A stretch of DNA of 64,000 nucleotides, from positions 96,001 to 160,000 of the IMG/VR virus record IMGVR_UViG_3300025150_000003. One strand, given 5' to 3'. The notes beneath the pieces were generated by a model that saw only the letters and a program-made list of their open reading frames with translations, had not been told where the DNA came from and ran no database searches. Position 1 is the stretch's first letter. Every line of letters starts with the position of its first letter. The stretch is from a virus. Both the position numbers and the translations under genes were made by a program. Positions 56,362 to 64,000 of this stretch are shown here, piece by piece.

Positions 56362-59300
56362 TTACAACTGGGACCGAAGGTGGAAGGTTAGCACAATATA
56401 CAAGAGGGGAAAAACCGGCTGGTAGTACGCTTCCACGTTCGCTGTCGTCGGGTCCTCCGGGTCCACCTGGGCCTTGAGGCCGGTGTAGATCGCGATGATC
56501 TGCTGCTTGACCAGCGTCTGCATCATCTTCGCGAGCCGACCCTCAATCTGGCTGAGGATGCCCGGCAGGAACTTCATCCCGATGAACTGGTCCAACGTCG
56601 CCCGGCTCTGCTGCTGAACGTGGTCCGCGATGAGCCGAACAGTCGGGGTCTTCGTCAGCACGTTGGTCATGTCGGTCGTGAGACCGTGACGAACCTGGAT
56701 GAAGGGCGGCTTGTCGGTCAGCACGGTGACACCCGCCACCGCAATCTGGTTCTGCTGCACAGCATCCAGCGAACGAGCAAGCTGCGTCGGCCCGACCAAC
56801 CGACGCCTCGTCCAGGGGGAGGCCACGTCGTAGTTCGGCGAGACCACGGAACCGGTGAGCATGGCCGCCAGGTACGGACCGTCGATGAGATGCTCCTTGG
56901 TGGTCCCGTTCGAGTCCTCGATGCCGATCAGAGCCATGTCCGGGTAGACCACCCGCATCCGGTCGCTGTGCAGGGTCTGAGCCAGCGTCTTCACCCCGGC
57001 TTCTGTCGTCCCCGAGGCCACCCCGATGATGCTCGTCCGCTCCTGACGGTAGCGGATGGACGACTGGATGTCGTTGCTCCGAGCAAGAATCTGGAAGAGC
57101 GGCGTCGAGTCACCCTTGAGCGGGGTGATGAGATCGGGGGTGATGTGACCCGGAAGCACACCCTCCAGCTCGGTGATGGCCGAGAGGTAGGTGTTCACGT
57201 CCGCGAAGTTGCTGTCCGTGGCACGTGGCACCTGCTTGATACCCACCAGCACGGCCCCGTTGATGATGGCCAGGAAGGCCGCCAACGAGACGGGGTTGTC
57301 CGGGTGGATGGCACCGTAGGCACCGATGATGCTCTGCATCCGGGTGAAGAACGCCGTCGTGAAGTTCTGCTTCTGGTAGACGTAGCTCGCGTAGTAGAGA
57401 TCGCCGATGGCCGGCTCCTCACCACCACGCGGGTAGGTCGTCACCAGAGCCGTGTCCCCAGCACCGACACCCGAGGTGTTGGCCACCAGCAGCTCGATAC
57501 CCGGGATGGACCGGATCGGGATGTTGGCGTTCGCCGTGACCGTCTGAGCCACACGGAACTGGAGGGTCGCCGCCGCCGGGTAGGAGATCCACGGACCCAC
57601 CGAGTTGTCGTGCCAGCCACGCGGCAGGATGGTGAAGGTCAGGCCCGTCACCTCATCCCGGTAGGTCTGACCGATGACCCCATCCTGACCCGTGCCCGCG
57701 TTGAGCACCGAGGTGTTGATGGAACCCGAACCATCCGCCCCGTTCGAGGAGGTGACGAAGTACCCGTTCATCGCGGGGTCACCAGCCGAACCAGCGTTGT
57801 TCAACTCGTCGATGCCCGAGCCGACGTACAGCCAGGAACGGGTCGTAGCATCCAGCAGGGTGATGGTCGAGCCCGTACCGTAGTCCGCCCCCGCCTTGTC
57901 CGCCGAGATGATGTGCAGGTAGGTCCGGTTGGACGAATCCTGCACGACCTTGGCCAGAGCCTGGTCCGCGAAGTCCGTGTTGGTCTGGGTGGAGCTGAAG
58001 TCCCAGTAGAAGTTCGAAAGGCTACCACCCGACCACTCGCGGTTGCCGTTGAGAGCCGAGGCCAGAACCTCTGCACTGACCAGCGTGCGGACCGCCACGG
58101 TGCCCTGGGCGAACCCGAGGACCGAGTTGGCCGAGCCAGCACCGATCTCCACCCGACCCGTGTCGTAGTAGCTCTGACTCGTGAGCCGGATGCCGGCACC
58201 CTCAGGCCGGCAGATGAGAGCGGTCTGCACCGCTCCAATAGCACCCCAGGTGCCATTGGCTGCCAGCTCGGTCTGGATCTGCCGGATGACGGTGCCCGCC
58301 GCGCTCTCGATGCCGAGCAGTGTGGTTGTACCCGCCCCGGAGGCCGCGAACGTCACCTTGATGGGCTGGCTGTCGAGGGTGAACTCGAACACGTTGTTGG
58401 CCGGCTGCGACCCAGAACCATCGTAGAACACGACCTGAGGCTCACCCGCCGTGTTAGTGCCACCACCAAACCCGACGCGACCAAGAATCGTACCCCGCTG
58501 GACCGTGGCCCCCGGGGCCGCCGAGGCGAAGTCCCCGTTGGAGAGCCCGGCCTTGGTGTTGCCGGAGCCCGCCCCAACCAGGAGCTGGCACTGCCCGACC
58601 ACATCCAGAGCCGACATCGAGTTGCCGCCGGGGTGGATACGGTTGCGGAGCAGGAGCCGGTCGAAGCTGTTGACGGAACCGACCGTGACCCGGTAGGGGG
58701 TCGCGATACCGGCGTCGATGACCGGACCCGTGTCGTTGTTGCTGCTGATCAGCATCTTGGCCTGGACACCCGCTGCGGCATCCACATCGAACCCAACGAG
58801 CTGAGCCAGGTCGTCCACCGAGGCACCTTGCTCGACGAACTCCAGGTAGCACGCACGGTCGGTCGGGCAGCACTGGAGCGTGAGCTGGAGTCGGCCGTCG
58901 CCATCCACCGAGAAGATGAAATCGAGACCCTCCAGACCCGCACCAATGACACCCTGGGCCAGAAGGCCAGGAGCCGCCGGGGGAGTGTCGAAGGTGTGCC
59001 CACCGACCGGGGTGGCACCACGGTAGATGACGTTCAGGGCCGTGGCCAGGGCCGCCACCGAGGCGTGGAGGACGTTCACCGTGGCGCTGCCTGAGAAGGC
59101 CGCGTTCACGTCACCGAGGACACGCACGGTCAGGGTGTCAAACCCTGCACCACCGGAGAGGTCGATGGGGCCGTTGAACCGGGTGGCACCCTTGATGACC
59201 GGCATCGTGTCCGGGTTGTACATCCGATAGTCGTCACCGACCGTGAAGACGTTGGCACCGTCGATGGGGCCTTCCAGCGTGACGAGACCCGAGGTCCCGT

Positions 59301-61719
59301 TGTAACTGAGCACCGTGCCGACCGAACCAGGGGTGATGGCGAAAGCATTCGCCCCCACCACGACCCGCCAACCCTTGTAGAAGTCGGTGATGGGCACTCG
59401 GACGTTGGGGCCAGCCGTGAAGGCCGTGGTCGTGGGACCGACGGCACCCACCGTGCCAACGTGACCATCGGCCGCCTCGATGATGGCCTGAGCGAAGTCC
59501 GCCACCGTGGCGCTGACCGCTGGCACCGGGAGGGTCGCCGTGATCTCCACACCATCGACGGTGAGAAGAATCTGCTCTGCACCACCCGTGAACTCCGCCG
59601 CGAGGAACGTGGTCCCGTTCGGGTAGGCGATGGCGTCACCGACGAAGTGGGGCATGATGCCCTTACCCGTCGAGCCCGTACCACCGGAGATGAGGTCGAG
59701 ACTCACTCCAGCGACCGGAAGTACCGTCTGAGCGTTGACCGTCATCGCGATGAGGTCGGACTCAGCGGGGATGAAGGCGTAGGGGGCCGACCCCTTGACC
59801 GTGAACAGTGCCGGAGTGTCCGGGGTGTCCGCGAAGGTGACCGTGACCACCTCCTCGACAGGACCGGTGAAGTCGATGCCCGACCCACCCTCGAAGTGGA
59901 GATCAGGGCTCAGCTCCGACCCACTGGGGAAGACCACCTCGACACCCGTGAGACCCGCCGACTTCGTCGTGTTGTCGAAGGTCGGGGTGTAGATCGGGTT
60001 GCCGCTGGAGTCCACGATAGTGAAGGAACCCACGCCGCTGACGCCCGGAAGGACGACGGCCAGCATGTACTCCATGTCCGTGATCATGTTGTGGTAGAAG
60101 GTCGCGTAGACCGTCGCCCCCACAGGGACCGCCGACTGGAGGGTCACCACCGACCCCTCGACCTGGATGGTCGTGACCTTGCCACGGGCAAAAGCATCAT
60201 CCAAACCGAAGCCCCAGTACACGTCCACCACGTCGGGACGGTTGACCGGGACACCGATCTTGTTGTTCGAGATGCTCTGGAACAGGCTCTGGCCGAGGCT
60301 CGTGTCGCGCCCGTTGCCCAGCGTCGGGTTCATGGGGAGCTGGAAGCTCGTCCCGCTCACCACCCCCTGAGCCGATACCACCGGGGTGCAGACCGACATG
60401 AAGGTCTTGTTGTCGATGAGGGTCGGCGTGATCTGCGTCTCGTCGAACCGCTCCGTACCCGTGGTCGTGGTGCCCGAGGCGACCGCAGCCGCCGTGCCCC
60501 ACATCACCCGGTCGTTCTGAAGGATGAAGTCCGTACCCTGGGTGTACTGGCTGCCACTCGGCACATCACCAACACGGGTCAGGCTCGTCACGTTGACGTG
60601 AGCCAGGTAGTCGAACGTGTCCTGCCAGGTGTTGAACCAGTAGGTCACTGTCACCTGAGCACCGGCCAGAGGAGCCTGGGCCAGCGTGACTGCTCGGGAA
60701 GCACCATCCACGCTCACCGGGATGACCTGCACCCCGTTGACCCTCACGACAACGTGGCTCGGGTCGGTCGTGGTGACACCACCGTTGCTCCCATCCACGA
60801 TGGGGCCGTTGAACGTGTAGAAGGTCTTGCGCCGGACACTGGTCTGACCGGCCGCCAGACCAAGAAGGGCATTCGCCGAGCCTTCCAGGACCGTAAGGTC
60901 ATGCTGCGAGTTGAGCGCCAGAGCGTTCTCCCCGTAGTTGTTGACGAAAGTGCTGCCCGTCAGCGTCCCCAGACCAGCGGCAGAGATCACGTTGGCGATC
61001 TGCTGCATCGTGTAGGTGGTCTTCGGCGTCAGCGTGAGGGCCACCGTGGTCCCATCCACGACCAGGTTCAGAACGTTGTTCGCCGGGACGATGATGGCCC
61101 CCGTCGGCCCGAGCACGTCAGCGTGCAGGTCGATGACAGCCGTTCCCGGCGTCGGGGCGTTCACGTCCTTGAGACCCACAGCCGCTCGGATGATGGCGTT
61201 CTCCGCCGTCACCTGGTCCGACAGGTTGTCCGTGACCAGCGTGTCCTCACGGTTGAAGTAGTAGCTGATGCGAACCAGGTCACCGAGCCTTGGGGCCTGG
61301 CTCAGAGTGATGATGCCGGCAGCACCATCAACGGCCAGCACGACGGTCGGGAGACCGTTGATGGTCACCGTCACATCCCTGCGGCTGTTGGTGGTCGTCC
61401 CTCGACCGGAGCCATCCACGATGGGCAGATTCCGCACCTGCACACGGGTCAGGACACCATCGAAAGCACCCCGGGTCACGACGCCCGTGGCCGAGATGTT
61501 GGTGACCGCACGGCCGGTTAGGTCCTCGCCAACGATGCGCTGGTCCACCGTGGAGGAAGAGCCTCGCACGACTTCCAGGTCCACCTGGCTGAGGTACTCG
61601 TTGCCCTCACCGATGAAGACCGGAATCTTCAGCGACTCGATCGCACCCTGGAGCGGGTTGTCGTAGTCGGTCTGGGTGACAACGCTGGGGGGGGCGTAGA
61701 ACTGTCCGGGGAAAGCCAT
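56362..61719 (-). CDS. Contractile tail sheath protein, greatly enlarged (1785 aa)
   Basis: N-terminal YAPPSVVTQT...IPVFIGEG and C-terminal YLAAMLTG...AGVTVL...VRHGLTT...VRLIADHV...YYQPVFPLLYIVLTF are sheath motifs; GAGGTG RBS. Confidence 0.9.
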   Translation of the reverse strand: MAFPGQFYAPPSVVTQTDYDNPLQGAIESLKIPVFIGEGNEYLSQVDLEVVRGSSSTVDQRIVGEDLTGRAVTNISATGVVTRGAFDGVLTRVQVRNLPIVDGSGRGTTTNSRRDVTVTINGLPTVVLAVDGAAGIITLSQAPRLGDLVRISYYFNREDTLVTDNLSDQVTAENAIIRAAVGLKDVNAPTPGTAVIDLHADVLGPTGAIIVPANNVLNLVVDGTTVALTLTPKTTYTMQQIANVISAAGLGTLTGSTFVNNYGENALALNSQHDLTVLEGSANALLGLAAGQTSVRRKTFYTFNGPIVDGSNGGVTTTDPSHVVVRVNGVQVIPVSVDGASRAVTLAQAPLAGAQVTVTYWFNTWQDTFDYLAHVNVTSLTRVGDVPSGSQYTQGTDFILQNDRVMWGTAAAVASGTTTTGTERFDETQITPTLIDNKTFMSVCTPVVSAQGVVSGTSFQLPMNPTLGNGRDTSLGQSLFQSISNNKIGVPVNRPDVVDVYWGFGLDDAFARGKVTTIQVEGSVVTLQSAVPVGATVYATFYHNMITDMEYMLAVVLPGVSGVGSFTIVDSSGNPIYTPTFDNTTKSAGLTGVEVVFPSGSELSPDLHFEGGSGIDFTGPVEEVVTVTFADTPDTPALFTVKGSAPYAFIPAESDLIAMTVNAQTVLPVAGVSLDLISGGTGSTGKGIMPHFVGDAIAYPNGTTFLAAEFTGGAEQILLTVDGVEITATLPVPAVSATVADFAQAIIEAADGHVGTVGAVGPTTTAFTAGPNVRVPITDFYKGWRVVVGANAFAITPGSVGTVLSYNGTSGLVTLEGPIDGANVFTVGDDYRMYNPDTMPVIKGATRFNGPIDLSGGAGFDTLTVRVLGDVNAAFSGSATVNVLHASVAALATALNVIYRGATPVGGHTFDTPPAAPGLLAQGVIGAGLEGLDFIFSVDGDGRLQLTLQCCPTDRACYLEFVEQGASVDDLAQLVGFDVDAAAGVQAKMLISSNNDTGPVIDAGIATPYRVTVGSVNSFDRLLLRNRIHPGGNSMSALDVVGQCQLLVGAGSGNTKAGLSNGDFASAAPGATVQRGTILGRVGFGGGTNTAGEPQVVFYDGSGSQPANNVFEFTLDSQPIKVTFAASGAGTTTLLGIESAAGTVIRQIQTELAANGTWGAIGAVQTALICRPEGAGIRLTSQSYYDTGRVEIGAGSANSVLGFAQGTVAVRTLVSAEVLASALNGNREWSGGSLSNFYWDFSSTQTNTDFADQALAKVVQDSSNRTYLHIISADKAGADYGTGSTITLLDATTRSWLYVGSGIDELNNAGSAGDPAMNGYFVTSSNGADGSGSINTSVLNAGTGQDGVIGQTYRDEVTGLTFTILPRGWHDNSVGPWISYPAAATLQFRVAQTVTANANIPIRSIPGIELLVANTSGVGAGDTALVTTYPRGGEEPAIGDLYYASYVYQKQNFTTAFFTRMQSIIGAYGAIHPDNPVSLAAFLAIINGAVLVGIKQVPRATDSNFADVNTYLSAITELEGVLPGHITPDLITPLKGDSTPLFQILARSNDIQSSIRYRQERTSIIGVASGTTEAGVKTLAQTLHSDRMRVVYPDMALIGIEDSNGTTKEHLIDGPYLAAMLTGSVVSPNYDVASPWTRRRLVGPTQLARSLDAVQQNQIAVAGVTVLTDKPPFIQVRHGLTTDMTNVLTKTPTVRLIADHVQQQSRATLDQFIGMKFLPGILSQIEGRLAKMMQTLVKQQIIAIYTGLKAQVDPEDPTTANVEAYYQPVFPLLYIVLTFHLRSQL

Positions 61720-61783
61720 CTGGGCACCTCACTGCGGGTCGTTTTGACGTTCTCTGCGCTAGGGCAGAGGGAAACCGCTCTAC

Positions 61784-61893
61784 ATGGATCCATCCCCTGC
61801 CGGAGCAGGAAGAGGCAGGTTCCCTTGTGGGGAAGCACCAGTGCAGGTCATCGGTCTGTCTATCGTGCCCATCCTAGCCCCGAAGCCAGGAGG
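61784..61893 (-). promoter_or_regulatory. Two further copies of the leader RNA hairpin motif, in the sheath leader
   Basis: Minus strand cc-tcctggc-ttcggg-gctagga-tgggcacgat (61893-61862) and cc-tcttcctgc-tccg-gcagggga-tggatccat (61815-61784); G-U pairs form only in the mRNA sense. Confidence 0.55.
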
Positions 61894-61945
61894 TGGTGCC
61901 CGGGTGTTTTCACCCTTTGCTGTTTACAGGGGCCGCATAGTCAAA

Positions 61946-62383
61946 CTAACGGCCTGCCGTCTCCTTACGCTTCCACTCCCCGGCTTTCTGATGAATCTTC
62001 TGGGCTCGCTCATGCACGGCGCGCTCCTCTGGACGAAGGACCCCATAACTGCCATCAGGTTGCCGACTAAGTTGATGGCCGTCCACCCCTGCTGAAGCCA
62101 TCACCTCTTCCTTCTGGCGCTTCCGGGCCTCTGCCACATCCCAGCCCTGAGCAGAGGACTGGCCGATCACCCGGTCGATGTGGGTGTCGAGGTCGTGGAT
62201 GCCAGTGTTCTGGGGCATCGGACCCGTGACGGATTTCGTGAACTGCCCTGACACCGTCGCGGGAGGGATGGGAGGAGCTTCCTCACCACAGGAAGGACAG
62301 GACTTGGCCTTCCTGCGGTCTGCGATGGGGGCTCGCTGATCGAACTGCACGCCACAGGCGCATTGATAGGTGTAGGTTGGCAA
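61946..62383 (-). CDS. FmdB-family zinc-ribbon protein
   Basis: MPTYTYQCACG..F...CPSCG signature; TTG start with GAGGAGG upstream. Confidence 0.8.
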   Translation of the reverse strand: MPTYTYQCACGVQFDQRAPIADRRKAKSCPSCGEEAPPIPPATVSGQFTKSVTGPMPQNTGIHDLDTHIDRVIGQSSAQGWDVAEARKRQKEEVMASAGVDGHQLSRQPDGSYGVLRPEERAVHERAQKIHQKAGEWKRKETAGR

Positions 62384-62385
62384 AA

Positions 62386-62622
62386 TCAGCCCTCCTCGAT
62401 CAATTTCCTACGGGAATCCTGTGTAGCCATCTGGCTACTGCGCATCTCCAGAGTTGACGAGGAATGAAGGTCCTTGAGGTTGATGTAGTGGAAATCCTCA
62501 TCGTGGTGAAACCCAATGCGCCGATGAAGGGGGTCATCCACATAGAGAAGTTCCTGACTCTGCTCTCGCAGTGATTGTGCGTGGAGGAGCCATGACTGAG
62601 TGTCCTTGTACTGAATATCCAT
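62386..62622 (-). CDS. Hypothetical protein (78 aa)
   Basis: Fills the gap with 1-2 nt spacing on both sides. Confidence 0.55.
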   Translation of the reverse strand: MDIQYKDTQSWLLHAQSLREQSQELLYVDDPLHRRIGFHHDEDFHYINLKDLHSSSTLEMRSSQMATQDSRRKLIEEG

Positions 62623-62623
62623 G

Positions 62624-63871
62624 TTATTTCACCATCTCGAAGGTGCCCTGCCGTCCAGACCAGAAGGGGTCTTCAACAGCTTCCACACCCAGGGCCTCAA
62701 GTACCTTGATGTTACCATCCTGACCCTTGAGATCATCGTCGGTCATGCCAGCAATCTCTTGATGCTGGCTTGGGGTCAACGAGGCCGCCATCCGAAGGTA
62801 GCCGTCGATGGGGACATGGATGGACCAATCCGTCTGAACGGTCATCGAGAAGCTCGCGTTGTAGAAGTAGTCGTCCCCGTTCTCATCGTAGATCTCTTCG
62901 GACTCGCCACCCATCGTCACGTCAGTGATCTCGATGCCCTGATGCGACAGGTGGGACCGAAGCACACCCCACAAGTACACGACCGTTTGGTCCACGATCT
63001 CCTGCTGGGCGTAGACGTCTCGACTCATCACATCGCAGTCCAGGCTCAACTCCCACTTGCCACCGTATTCCATGTACGAGGGCCGCCGGATGTCATTGAC
63101 CATCACCGCAAGTTGGTCACCCGCTTGGCAACGACGACCGAACGCCAACACCACCCCGGGGATGGCTCTGTTGTTTGCGTGCATCTCACGGATCGGGAAC
63201 GGGCCGTAGGACTCCGCCTGGTAGCGATAGTCCGCCTGCAACCAGCGGCCCCCTGTGAGGGCCGTGGTCAAAGTCACCCCGCCCGTCGTGTTGCCCGCTC
63301 CGTCCAGGTCCAGGCTGTAGTTCGTCCCCTCGACCAAGCGGAAGCCTGAGGGCATCTCGAACAGTCTCAGCCAACGCGCAGGAGGATGAGCAAGCCGAGC
63401 GTGGATTTCATCAACCAGTGTGACGGCCTCTCGGGTGACCTCGACGAGAGGGTCCACATAGAACACCAGGTCCACACTGGCTGCTCTCCCACACGCGGAT
63501 GCCTCGGCGTTGGAGTCTGCTGCGACGATGTCGATGTAGTAGATGCCCGGAGCCGAGGGGAAGTAGCCGTTGTTCTCCTGAATGGCCCGGCCATCTTCCC
63601 GCACCCACTCAATCGAGAAACCTGGCTTGTTCTTGACCCGTGTGAGCAAGCAATAGGACTCGATGACCCCGATGTAGTTGTCGGCCGACAAGTCCACACG
63701 GTTGCCAGAGCCAGTCTTGATGATGATGCCGTGCTGGGGGCGCTCCTTGAAAGAGAACTTCCCCTGGATGTTCGGCACCAAATCGTCACGGTACTTCGGG
63801 TGGTGCGACCAGTACCGACGCAGCTCCTCGATGAATCGCCTCTTTACGGCTTCAGTGAGCTGGAAATACAT
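62624..63871 (-). CDS. Probable tail completion/terminator (neck-tail) protein
   Basis: 415 aa upstream of the sheath; WELSLDCDVMSRD...QQEIVD...YNASFSMTVQTDW fits a tail-terminator fold; GGAGG RBS; call rests largely on synteny. Confidence 0.6.
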   Translation of the reverse strand: MYFQLTEAVKRRFIEELRRYWSHHPKYRDDLVPNIQGKFSFKERPQHGIIIKTGSGNRVDLSADNYIGVIESYCLLTRVKNKPGFSIEWVREDGRAIQENNGYFPSAPGIYYIDIVAADSNAEASACGRAASVDLVFYVDPLVEVTREAVTLVDEIHARLAHPPARWLRLFEMPSGFRLVEGTNYSLDLDGAGNTTGGVTLTTALTGGRWLQADYRYQAESYGPFPIREMHANNRAIPGVVLAFGRRCQAGDQLAVMVNDIRRPSYMEYGGKWELSLDCDVMSRDVYAQQEIVDQTVVYLWGVLRSHLSHQGIEITDVTMGGESEEIYDENGDDYFYNASFSMTVQTDWSIHVPIDGYLRMAASLTPSQHQEIAGMTDDDLKGQDGNIKVLEALGVEAVEDPFWSGRQGTFEMVK

Positions 63872-63893
63872 CGAGTCGCCTCCGACAAGTACC

Positions 63894-64000
63894 CTACTCC
63901 TCGCCGGGGATAGGCGAATCAGTGAGCGATCTCAACAGGATCACGTCGCAGTCATTCTTGACCATGTGGACGAGTGAACCATCCGCCATCCGCAAGATGG
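63894..64000 (-). CDS. 3' end of an upstream gene entering from the right edge
   Basis: Open frame ILRMADGSLVHMVKNDCDVILLRSLTDSPIPGEE* ending at TAG 63894-63896. Confidence 0.45.
   Translation of the reverse strand, partial: ILRMADGSLVHMVKNDCDVILLRSLTDSPIPGEE

Noticed and set aside
56620-61521. Long plus-strand ORFs (824, 686 aa) and similar antisense ORFs such as 23522-25030 and 44373-45848
   Set aside because: These are shadow frames opposite strongly codon-biased high-GC genes; they are Arg/Gly/His-rich with no recognisable motifs.
17420-61719. Inteins, introns or stop-codon reassignment explaining the giant ORFs
   Set aside because: I noticed no intein C...HN-C/S/T boundaries or LAGLIDADG motifs, and genes tile tightly under the standard code using all three stops. 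This check was by eye only.
632-63871. Extracellular contractile injection system or T6SS instead of a phage tail
   Set aside because: No Afp15-like AAA ATPase, T6SS membrane complex or bacterial housekeeping genes are visible. Homing-type nucleases, small orphan genes and dedicated promoter motifs fit a phage. Capsid and terminase genes are not in the window, so the phage call is inferred.

Overview
The window reads as a segment of a large, high-GC (roughly 60-65% by eye) contractile-tailed phage genome, probably a jumbo myovirus. A minus-strand tail operon runs right to left: probable tail completion protein, an oversized 1785-aa sheath, tube, two chaperone-like genes, tape measure, two tube-like initiators, hub with an inserted lysozyme-like domain, gp5/VgrG-like spike, a 3714-aa virion protein, a gp25-like protein, baseplate J, a 2181-aa wedge/fibre ending in beta-propeller repeats, and fibre genes. 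Sheath and tube are separated by about 10.5 kb of mostly plus-strand accessory genes, bounded by two zinc-finger endonuclease genes. The most notable unexplained signals are: (i) a four-copy promoter-like motif GGCTCAACT-N13-CGTAGTAG; (ii) a second motif, GKTWWY-N4-CTAT, upstream of seven minus-strand units; (iii) a covarying RNA hairpin motif present twice in each of two long structural-gene leaders; (iv) an intergenic RNA with two mutually exclusive folds; (v) an 18-bp hairpin burying the RBS of an endonuclease gene; and (vi) a degenerate MotA/TolQ/ExbB-like membrane protein of apparent myxobacterial type. All family assignments come from motif recognition and synteny; no searches were run.
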